NCBI GenBank assembly: GCA_037447605.1
Contig: CM074815.1
Location: 2,356,001 to 2,420,000 of the forward strand
Direction of reading: 5' to 3'
Length of the DNA stretch: 64,000 bases
DNA from: Zygnema circumcarinatum SAG 698-1b
Lineage: Eukaryota; Plantae; Zygnematophyceae
Shown here: one piece after another, positions 25,738-36,019 of the stretch
How the letters are laid out: every line of letters starts with the position of its first letter
Position numbering within the stretch: position 1 is the first letter of the stretch
Position numbers and translations under genes: made by a program
The notes under the pieces: model-generated
The model's database searches: none
Told to the model about the DNA's origin: nothing
Seen by the model: only the letters and a program-made list of their open reading frames with translations

Positions 25738-26273
25738 ACATCGACTAGCGGCCTGCAAGGGCCCTATCCCGATCCTAATCCTGCGCCGTCGGATCCTCGT
25801 AGACTCACACGGATCCAGCCCTTTGCTTCCGTCGGATCCGACTCAGCCTTCCATCCGATCCACGTCTTGCGCCGTAGGATCTGTGTAGCGAACTGAACGC
25901 TACAGACACCATGATGCCCGCGCGTCATGGAGACCGTTACCATAATGCCATCGGCATTCTGGAGTTAATTGTGCGGTTCGGCCGTACAATGCCACCGTAC
26001 AACCGTACGGCTTGGGTGTACGGATCCGTATTCATCTGTACGGACAGTACGCTTGAGTGCGCTCGAGGACGAGCCCGGTTTAGGTGGGGAGGAATGTAGC
26101 GAAACGCTATACATGTGTTGTATGGCCTAGTACTTACATCCGCGGTTGCCTTTTAATGGTAAAGCACTGGTGTGGGTACCGGGAGGTCCTGTGTTCGAAC
26201 CCTCTTGAAGGCGGGTTTGTTGCATAATGTCCCAACAACAACTTGTCTAGTGACTAACTACTATACACTAACA
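25738..26273 (-). mobile_element. Broken antisense Y LTR (pieces 25738-25883 and 26225-26273) enclosing a foreign insert
   Basis: The pieces are reverse complements of ~24858-25003 and ~24448-24497; ~360 bp between them is missing. Confidence 0.85.
25884..26224 (+). mobile_element. Small LTR-element fragment: PPT (~26082-26094) + 130-bp LTR (26095-26224) containing a tRNA-like segment (TRIM-like)
   Basis: AGGTGGGGAGGAA, then TGTAGCGAA...TTTGTTGCA; internal TGGTAAAGCACTGG (A-box-like) and GTTCGAACC (B box); homolog at 53063-53202. Confidence 0.7.
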
Positions 26274-28890
26274 GTTGGATGAGACCATTCGAACAAGCAA
26301 ACGTCTGGAGCTTGTTCATATGGATTTGTGCGCATCAGATGTTGAGAGCATTGGCGGCAATCATTATTTTCTCACCATTGTTGATGACTACAGCAAGAAA
26401 GTTTGGGTGAGAATGATCCGGCACAAGCATGAAGTCTTCAGAGCTTTCTTGGGATGGAAAGCCATGGTTGAAAGAGAAAGTGGAGAGCTGATAAAGAGGA
26501 TTAAGACTAACAATGGGGGTGAATTCAAGAACAGGAGTTTTGAATAGATGTGTGCAGAGACAGGTATAAGGCAGGTATTCAGTGCCCCTTATACACCGCA
26601 ACAGAATGGAGTTGTGGAGAGGATGAACAAGTCATTGATGGATATTGCAAGGTGTAACCTGCTGGAGAGCAACCTTCCAGAAAACCTTTGGGCTGAAGCA
26701 GTTATTGCAGCAGCATACATCAAGAACAGAAGCTACAACTCTTTGCTGAAGGAACAAACTCCACAAGAAAGGTGGGCAAGTTCAAAGCCCAATATTTCTC
26801 ATCTTAGAGTGTGGGGGAGCAGGTGTACTGTTTGGATCCCTCAGCACAAGAGAAGTTGGAAGATGGCAGCTAGAGGGAGAACAGGTTTTATGGTTGGATA
26901 TAGCCGTGACAGTTACCAGTACAGGATTTACAATCCTCAGATGCAGCAAGTTATTACCAGCAGGAACGTGCAATTTTATGAGGATGAGTGTATTCAGAAG
27001 AAGACAATGCATCAGCCAAGGACTATCAATCATCAGTCAGCAGTTGAGAGTGATGAGGAGGATTCAGATGAGAGTGATGATGAGGATACACCAAGAAGGT
27101 CAGCAAGGATGGAGACAAGACCTTTGGAGACAGAGCAAGAGGTGCAACCTCAAACAGAGACAAGAGGAGAATCCAGCACACAAGGATTAAGGAGATCAGA
27201 GAGACCAAAGAAGCCAGTAGTGAAGTTGACATCAGACAGAATTGGAGAACTACATATGGCTGAGGAGAAGAAAGGTGGGAGACACAGACTTTCAATTGGA
27301 ACAATTTACTGCAATCAGGTGGTAATTGGAGAACCACAAAGTTATCAAGAAGCCTTAGAAGGTGAAGATGCAGAGAAGTGGAAAGGTGCAATAGATAGTG
27401 AGTGGAATAGCTTGTTGGAGAACAAGACTTGGACTTTGGTGGAGTTGCCAAAAGGGAGGACAGCAATTGGCGCTAAGTGGGTCTTCAAGAAGAAGTTGAA
27501 GTCAGATGGAAGCATTGAGAGATACAAGGCCAGATTAGTTGCCAAGGGATATAGACAAATTGAAGGCATTGATTTCACAGAGACTTTTGCTCCAGTAGTG
27601 AAGATAGAGAGTTTAAGGAGCATTCTTGCTATTGCAGCTGAGAAGAAATGGCACATTCACCAAATGGATGTGAAGACGGCATTTCTGAATGGAGAACTGG
27701 AAGAAGAGATTTTCATGGAGCAACCAGAAGGCAAAGTGGAGCCAGGGAAGGAGCACTTGGTTTGCAAGCTGAAGAAATCGATTTATGGACTGAAGCAGGC
27801 TCCAAGACTCTGGTATGAAAAACTTCATGAAGTATTGTTGAAAGAGAAGTGTGAAAGATTTGATTCTGATCATTCAGTCTATAGGAAAGGACTTGGTGAA
27901 CGGATGGTTGTCATTGGAGTTTATGTGGATGATTTGGTCATTGTTGGACCAACTTTGCAAGAAATTCAGAAGCTGAAGAGGACGTTGATGAAGCACTTCA
28001 GAATGTCTGATTTGGGAGAAGCTGAATATATTCTTGGAATCCAGATTCAGAGGGGGACAGATGGTTCAATTTTCATGAATCAGAAAAAGTATATGGGTGA
28101 GATTTTGGAGAAATTTGAAATGAAGGATGCTAAGCCAGTAAGTACCCCATTAGATGTGAGTGTGAAGTTGACAAGTGAAATGTGTCCTAAAACAAAGAGA
28201 GAAAGGGAATACATGAAGGGGGTCCCATACAGATCAGCGGTTGGAAGTCTGATGTATCTCATAACTTCTACTAGACCAGATTTGGCAGTGGCTGTAGGAA
28301 TGCTAAGCAGGTTTCTGAACGATCCAGGAAAGGCTCATTGGGAAGCCGTGAAGAGGGTTATGCGATATGTGAAGGGGACCATGGAGACAGGAATCAAGTT
28401 TCAGAAGATTGAAGGAGAGCCAAAGGTTGTTGGCTATTGTGATTCAGATTGGGGAGGCTGTATTGATACAGGCAGAAGTACCAGCGGTTATATCTTTGTT
28501 TGTGCAGGAGCAGCACTTTCATGGAACAGCAAACTTCAGGAGTGTGTGGCATTGAGCAGCGCAGAGGCTGAGTATATGGCGGCTTGTCATGCAGCAAAAG
28601 AAGCTAAGTGGTTGCAACAGTTGTTTGCAGAGTTGAAGGAGCCGCAGCCAAAGTTATTGATGTGGAGTGATAGTCAGAGTTGCATTGCATTGGTTAAGAA
28701 TCCAGTTTATCACAAGAGGACAAAGCATATTGATTTGAAGTATCATTTCATTCGTGAGTTAGTAACCAAGAAGGAGATTGAGCTGAAATATGTTCACACC
28801 ACAGAGCAAGCTGCTGATATGATGACAAAGGCAAGGACAGGACCAATGATTGGTAGATGTTGCAGACTTGTAGGATTGATGAGTGCTTGA
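26274..28890 (+). CDS. Copia pol (integrase-RT-RNase H), distinct subfamily Q; 5'-truncated, one in-frame TAG at 26545-26547
   Basis: ORFs 26275..26547 and 26548..28890 are in the same frame; LELVHMDLC, APYTPQQNGVVER, YVDDL, YCDSDW, ADMMTK. Confidence 0.95.
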
Positions 28891-28909
28891 GTTGTCCAAC
28901 CCTTGCATC

Positions 28910-29353
28910 AAGAGGGGGAATTGTGATAGATGATGATGCTGCGGGCTGTACGGACTGTTGTACGGACGAGTGTACGGACAGGTGTACGGATGCGTAGGAT
29001 CGCACGTGTATATGTAGGATCGCACGTATGAGAGCTTAAGGGAATGTCCGAGAAGGAAGAAAAGTGTCAAGTGCTTTAGGCGACAGGTTTCAGAATGGAA
29101 TTCTTCATGCATGGACAGTGAGTAGAAAAGGAAGCGCTGCGCAGTAGATTAGCAAGGAGAAGAAAAGCAAGGAAGAAAGGAAGAATAGAGGAAGAGAGAA
29201 GAGAGTAGAGAGAAGAGAGAAGAAAGGATTGAAGTGAAGTTGTAATAAGGCCTCTTATGAAATAAAAGAGTACTTTGAGTGATATGTGCTGATCTCGTGT
29301 GATCTTGAGTTTTGTGTGTTAAGCTTGAGTGTGTATGTTTTTCTTCTGTCACA
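28910..29353 (+). mobile_element. PPT + subfamily Q 3' LTR (28922-29353, 432 bp)
   Basis: AAGAGGGGGAA, then TGTGA...TCACA inverted termini. Confidence 0.85.
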
Positions 29354-30530
29354 TTTTCCCCCTTTTCCCCCTTTTCCCCCTTTACCGTCTTTTCCCTCTT
29401 TTCCCTCTTTTCTCGGTTTTCCCTCATTTCCCGGTTTTCCCTCATGTCCCGGTTTTCCCTATTTTCCCGTTTTTCCCTCTTTTCCCACTTTTCCTTCTTT
29501 TCCCCCTTTTCCTCCTTTTCCCCCTTTTCCCTCTTCTCCCACTTTTCTCTCTTTCCCTCTTTTCCCTTTTTTTCCTCTTTTCCCTCTCTTCTTGTTTTTC
29601 CCGCTTTTCCTGTTTTTCCCTTGTTTTCCCGCTTTTCCCTCTTGTCCCTCTTTTCCCTCGTTTCCCTCTTTTCCCCCTTTTCCCCCTTTTCCCTCTTTTC
29701 CCTCTTTTCCCTCTTTTCCCACTTTTTCCCCTTTGCCCTCTTTCCCCTGTTTCCCCTCTTTCCCCTCTTTGCCCACTTTGCCCTCTTTGTCCTCTTTTCC
29801 CTCTCTCCCCTCTTTTCCCTCTTTTCAATCTTTTCCCTCCTTTCCCTCTTTTCTTTCTTTCCCCTCTTTTCCCTCTTTTCCCTCTTTTCCCTCATTTCCC
29901 TCTTTGCCCTCTTTGCCCTATTGTCCCTCTCTCCTCTCTTTTCCCTCTTTACCCTCTTTGCACTCTTTGCCCTCTTTCCACTCTTTTCCCTCTTTTCCCA
30001 CTTTTTTCCTTTTCCCACTTTTCCCTCCTTTCCCTCGTTTCCCCGCTTTTCCCTATTTTCCCTCTTTTGCCTTTTTTCCCTCTTTGCCCTCTTTGCCCTC
30101 TTTGCCCTCTTTTCGCGCTTTTCCCGCTTTTCCCTCTTTTCCCTCTTTTCCCTCTTTTCCCTCGTTTCCCTTTTTGCCCTCTTTACCCTCACTTCCCTCG
30201 TTTCCCTCTTTTCCCTCTTTTCCCTCTTTTCCCTCTTTTCCTTCTTTTCCCCCTTTTCCCCCTCTTCCCTCTATTCCCTCGTCTCCTTCTTTTCCCTCGT
30301 TTCCCTCTTTTCCCTCTTTTCCCTCTTTTCCCTCTTTTCCCTTCTTTCCTTCTTTTCCCTCTCTCTTTTCCCTCGCTCTTTTCCCTCGTTTGCCTCTTTT
30401 CCCTCTTTTCCCTCTTTTCCCTTCTTTCCTTCTTTTCCCTCTCTCTTTTCCCTCGCTCTTTTTCCTCTTTTCCCTCTTTTCCCTCTTTTCCCTCTTTTCC
30501 CTTCTCCCTCTTTTCCTTCTCCCTTCTCCC
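29354..30530. repeat. Degenerate 9-mer minisatellite (TTTTCCCTC)n, ~130 units, polypyrimidine/polypurine
   Basis: Direct reading; the 9-nt phase is kept, producing FPS/FSL/FPL and REK/GKE/RGK pseudo-ORFs. Confidence 0.97.
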
Positions 30531-31328
30531 TCGACCAGATGGTTAACCATTTGGTAGAGGCTTCGTGACATATTTTGGACAAGGCGGTGACTGACTAAAG
30601 TCAGCCAAGGCGCAGGAAAGGCCTCGACCATATGGTTAAGCATCTGGTCAAGTGTCCGTGGTCAATCTTTTTGCACGAGGTGGTTACTAAAGCGAGCCAA
30701 AGCACCGAGAAATCATCGACCACGTGGTTACCCATCTGGTCGAGGCTTTGTGGCTAACTATTTGCGAGGCGGTTACTGACTAAGGCCAGCCAGGGCGCAG
30801 ACCCATCTGGTCGAGGCTTTGTGGCTAACTATTTGCGAGGCGGTTACTGACTAAGGCTATCCAGGGCGCAGAAATATCCTCGACCATATAATTAATCATT
30901 TGGTCAAGGCTTCGTGACTAATCTTTTTGCACGAGGCGGTTACTAAATCGACCCAAGGCACAGAAAAAGCATCGACCAAATGGTTAACGATCTGGTCGAG
31001 CTTATGGCTAACCATTTGTACAAGGCGTTGACTGACTACGCCAGCCAAGGCGCAAACACAGCCTCTACCAGATGATTAACCATTTGGTCAGGGCTTCGTG
31101 ACTAACGATTTGCTCGAAAGCGGTGACTGACTTAAGCAAGCCAAGGCGCAAAAAAGGCCTTGACCATATGGTTAACAATCTGGTCAAGGGTCGGGACTAA
31201 CCATTTGCAGGAGGCGGTGACTGACTGAAGCAAACCAAGGCGCAAAAAAAGGCCTTGACCATAATGTTAACCATCTGGTTGAGGCTTCGTGGCTAACCGT
31301 TTGCACGAGGCGGTGACTGACTAAAGCC
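30528..31328. repeat. ~92-96-bp tandem repeat, ~9 diverged units, each with a ~34-bp palindrome
   Basis: Units start at 30531, 30624, 30716, (30801 partial), 30880, 30972, 31064, 31160 and 31255; consensus GCCTCGACCAGATGGTTAACCATCTGGTCGAGGC. Confidence 0.93.
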
Positions 31329-32039
31329 TTAAAAACCCTAGAACCAACCTAGAAACCCTAAAAAGCCTTAATAACCCGTTAGTAGCCATAAGGAACTAGT
31401 TAATTTCGCACCACCGATAAGAAGGGGGGTTTTCATGGAGTGTTCATAGAAAATTACAGGTATATGCAGGACGGAGAATGAGAATCCACCCGCCATAAAA
31501 TCGGTAGGGCTGATAAGAATGAAAGGCCAGAGAGGCAAAGCAATATGGCAGTTGCCACTAATTACAAGCTGCAAAACTAGGCCACAGTGTGGCGCAAGGG
31601 AAATCGCTCTCACAACACTGGCTCTCCTCACCTAGCGAAAGCTTTTACTTGCCTAGCCAGTGTGAGCCAGCCTTTGATCGCTTTTGTGGACGCCTGTCAC
31701 TTTCCCTACCCCGGCACCGTTTATTAACAAATGGAACACGTCGCTTTCACTCTGACGTAGCTGACGAATGGAGAATACTTTAAGGATAGGAGTAACAAGT
31801 AACAGCGAAATGAAAGTTGCATCAAAGTGAAGCAGAGTAGCGGTCCACGATTTGTGTAACGTATTGCTCCGCGAAACTCCTTCCTCATCACGACTTGCTG
31901 AGTGCGCTTATGGAGAGATTTAAATGACAACATTCAGATCAAGTTCCAGCTTTTTCAGTGCGGAGCGCATGTCGCTACGGAACAGGAACGCTTTGATGTC
32001 TTCTGCCGCGGACAATGGAGGGTGCCTCGCGGCCCATCG

Positions 32040-34812
32040 TCAAATCGTCCGCACGGGCTCGCGAAAATTGATGCCAATGCGCTGCTCCTGCTGGTTGTAC
32101 TCCACCACCGCCTGCCCGTCCTTGAGATCTGCACGCGTTCAAGGGGCACGTCAGCAAGGCCCTTGAGGTGCATTCTGAGCCCTCTTGTCTCATGAAGCGC
32201 TGCCTATGTGCTAAGCATTGCCCCCTCCTTGATGTGGCTAATGATGAACGGATAAGTCAGAACACGATCAGTAAAACAAAGCAGTCCGATGATGTTCAAT
32301 GGTGTACAACGAAAGCGGAGGGCACAGTCGCAAAGCGGGAGTACCTAGCAACAAGGCCACACGCAGAAAGAAAAAGTGGTTCAACAGTTGAGCAGAATGA
32401 CCTACCAACTACATAAACTAAATGTTGTCCTTCTCCCCACAATGAGCCGCTGCTTGAAGCTTCTTCTGCGAGCTTGAGCTTCTCAGCCACGGCCGCCAAA
32501 ATGTCAGCTGGGGTAGAACTACCTAATCTAGGAGGAGTTTGCCCGCCTTTAAGAGCTCCTTTCGAGACATCCGGTGAGGAGCCTATGGACCCTTGGCTCA
32601 AAGACCATTCCTGGGCTGCTGACCTGGTCATCTGCGTGCTGCCCTGAACATCGCGGGATCGAACAGACGGGGCTGAAAAAGCGCTGACACTCTTCCGAGG
32701 AGGAGATTTAGGGGGTACGCCGGAGGCCGTTCGAAGGGTTGAGGCCTGAGGGGAGCCGGCGGGGCCTTTGGGAGTGGTCGCGGAGGAGCCGCCCGTCTGA
32801 GAGTCCGCGGATGGCCCCTGCGATGCTGAATGCGGACTCCTTCCGTGCGCTTGAGCTTCTCGGAACGAAGTTGGACTTCCATCACATCTTGTTTGAATCT
32901 TTTTGAGGTTGTTGCCGGTGTGGATTCTCACATGGCTAGCACCAAGATCTGGAGAGAGAGGGATTTCCGCAGCCCCTCGGCTGTCCCTTGCCTCGTCCGC
33001 TGTGGGAATAGGTTGGTTCAATGGGATGCTGCTCTGGGAGCCACAATGCAGTTGGATCCATGGATGCGCTGCAGGTCCACGTGAAGAGCATGCGCAGCTG
33101 GTCGTCAGATATATTCACTATCAGATTGCCTGAAGCAAGAGAATTGAAGATGAATTTCTTGAACGAAGGCAGAAAGCAGCTGCAAGAAAAAATGGGGGAC
33201 CGTAAGCATGAAGAGGGACATTTGCGTCCCCCCTGCCGGCGTGTGCGAGTACGACATTGATTGACGCAGTTTATGCTTACCTTTGGCTTCCACTGGAGTG
33301 ATCCTTCTTGCCGGGTCTATACAAAGCATTCGTCGGACGAGATCTTTCGCCTCATTTGAAATATGACGCCAAGGGCCACCCTCCAAGTCGAAGACACCCG
33401 CCCTAATTTTTGTGAAGATGCCCTCGCGATTTTCTCCCCAGAATGGCGGCACGCCGCAGAGGAGGATGTATAAGATGACCCCGAGACTCCATGCGTCAGC
33501 TTCGGGGCCGTACGAGCGGTTCAAGACTTCGGGGGCGATGTAATACCTGCACAGCTCACGTGCAACCACGGGACACGTTACGTTACGACCGGTTGCGGGA
33601 CAATTGCGCTGAAGGCCTGCCAAAATCAGGCTCTGAATGTTCGTGCGGAGGGGAAAGTTGTGCAGTCCTTTCCATTCCACTGGGAGCAGGAAAGAGTTGG
33701 TGAGCAGGGGGCAAAAACAAAAGTCATGAGCCTGCGGATAAGGCTTGGTTTCTTACGGTGTTCCCACCGCCTGTGTCAGCTTCACTCCCGGTTCGAAGAA
33801 AACGGCCTGCCCGAAATCGACCACTTTTACAGCAGTGTCCGAATTCATGGATGTCATGAGAACGTTCTCCGGCTTCAAGTCACGGTGCATAATACCATGG
33901 CTGTGGCAATAGTCAACCACAGAAAGCAAAATTCTACAGAGGCGAGCTGCCTCTTTCTCGGGGTAGTGCTTCTTCTGTTGGACGCGGTCGAATAAGTCTC
34001 CTCCTTCACAAAGCTCCATAATAAGGTGCACATTCTGCTCCCCGCCTCGCAGTCACATCACGTCAGACACAAAGTACGGCCAATTTCCGACATTTTCTTG
34101 TGTTCTCAACGCTCTGACGGAGGTCCTGAATTCCTCCGTAGGAACCAGTAATTTCTGCATGCGTGCCTTATAACACTCCGAATGCTTTCTCTTTGAGGGC
34201 TGGTGCGCTGCGGGTGTCTGGTGGAAGCGAAAAGCGGAAAGCAGCGCGGCGGCTCACCTGGTCATCCTCAATTACAGCCCGCAGGCTCGCCACAGCGGGA
34301 TGGCTGCTCACTTTGCGGTGTGCGCGCACTTCAGAATGCACCTCCTCCAGATCCGCGGCTGAGAGCATGCGGCTCTTTGAGAGCGTTTTGCAGGCGTACG
34401 ACTCCCCCGTGCGGCGGTCAATGCAGTGGCGGATGACGCCGGCCATGCCGGTGCCGAGCTGGCGGCCGAGCACATAGTGATGCTCCACATTACTGTACGG
34501 GATGCCCAGAATGTGCGCAGTGCGCTTGGAGGGCTCTGTGGACTGCGTGCGACGCAGTGGCGCGGGGGGCTGCTCGCCGGCGGCGGGCTGCCGCCAACCG
34601 GGCGGGGGCGGAGAGTGCGCATGGTCGGCGGTGGAGGAGGCGGGGCGGCCGGCGGAGGAGGAGGAGGAGGGGCTGCGCGGGGGAGGGGGCGTGCGGATGG
34701 GGGAGGTGGGCGCGCTCAGGCTCAGGCTCAGGCCCAGGCCCGCCCCGGCACTGCTGCCCCCTGCATGGCCCCCATGGCCGGGCGCGGGGCGGGCGGCGGA
34801 GAAGAGGCCCAT
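32040..34812 (-). CDS. CDPK-superfamily Ser/Thr kinase without EF hands (kinase 1), 5 exons
   Basis: Exons 34812-34258, 34034-33757, 33546-33281, 33068-32406, 32128-32040 (last exon inferred); [45 protein letters not shown]; MG N-terminus. Confidence 0.9.
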
Positions 34813-35137
34813 CGCTCCTGCCGCGCCACGCCGCGCCGCGCTTCGCAACCGCCAGAAAGACGCCTCAGCGCACGCCGCCCGCCCGCCGACCCCTCAGGAG
34901 AGGCCTCATGAGAAGGCCGCCGCCGCTGCCGTACGGCCGCTCGCCCGCCGTACGGTCACCCCGCTTTGCGGGGCCGCTCGCAAACGGTCGTGTCCGTACG
35001 GTAGCTCGTGCGCGTTACGTGACTGTGTACGGACGCCGTAGGTGGTGGGCCCTACTGTACAAGCAGTCCTCATATTTTCCACCATGTACAGTGCGTCCCC
35101 AAGAAATTCGCCCTGATTTTGCCGAAACCACATTTTT

Positions 35138-35240
35138 GTACGGTAACTCTGTGTTAGCCGTACTACTCGTACGTGTCGTACTATCCGTACTATCCGTACT
35201 TTAATAATCGTACTAACCGTACTATTCGTACTTGCTGTAC
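35138..35240. promoter_or_regulatory. Array of GTAC (SBP/SPL-box, CuRE-like) cores upstream of kinase 1
   Basis: GTAC at 35138, 35160, 35169, 35178, 35187, 35196, 35210, 35219, 35228 and 35237 (9-bp phase); function inferred. Confidence 0.5.
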
Positions 35241-36019
35241 TAGCCGTTACGGGCTTAAGCAAAACTAACCGAATCTTCCCGCATGTGCCGCCATGAGGCG
35301 CTCGCTCCTCTCCCCTGCGTCTTGGCTTCGATACGGCACGCTACGATACGATAATGCGCAATACGGTACGATATAGTGTGGTACGATACGTACGAACAAA
35401 CATGAACTCTAACATAATTTTGCCCGCCTATTGATAACACGAACCTTCTATTTGCAAAATCAAGATTTTCGCCCCATATTTGCCAAAACCATGGCGAAAA
35501 TATGAGGACTGCTTACTCGCCAACCGGCACCGCAGCGACCGTCCGTACACGGGGCCCTAGCGGTCTACGCCGCGAGAATCGTACGGGAACGACCGGCTGA
35601 CCGCCAAAATGGAATGACCCCCGCCGTGACACCGAGAGGAAGGGAAGGGCCGCCCCGATGCCTCGCCTGCGGCTGCTGCTGCTGCTCTGCTGTCAAATAG
35701 GTGACCACCATAAAAGGTATCCAACTTGTCATAAAAAAATTGGACAAGATTCAATTGGTCCACGCGCGGGCTAAAGACGGCCTCATTAACTGGTAGGAAT
35801 GACCGAAGCCGTAGAGGCTTCAGCATTAGTTTTACACTTCCAGCACATCAAAGCCACGCCATCGCGCATGTGACATGAAATCTTAGCATGGGGAATCTGC
35901 CTGTACTCGTTGATAGAGTGAAGGGCCTCCTAATGCAGGCACGAGTGTCTCGTTCACGCCGAGTGCTGCAGAGAATGCAGCCCCTGCCCTGCTGGCCCTG
36001 AGTTGCTGGCAGAGCGGCA

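Noticed and set aside
26148-26212. Functional tRNA gene
   Set aside because: The T-stem and D-arm do not pair properly and it lies inside an LTR-like unit; reported as tRNA-derived only.
29149-30643. Long ORFs (REK-, GKE-, FPS-, FSL-repeat proteins)
   Set aside because: By-products of a stop-poor 9-mer repeat that is open in most frames on both strands.
30528-31328. CRISPR array (palindromic repeats at regular spacing)
   Set aside because: The 'spacers' are homologous to each other, the repeats are degenerate, there are no cas genes, and the context is eukaryotic.
31920-32042. Selenocysteine or readthrough at kinase 1 TGA (frame stays open 39 more codons)
   Set aside because: No SECIS recognised and no convincing support from the paralog; a normal stop is the simplest reading.
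34426-35204. Long plus-strand ORFs over the first exon of kinase 1 (and likewise 50540-51517 for kinase 2)
   Set aside because: Antisense shadows of GC-rich coding or promoter sequence.
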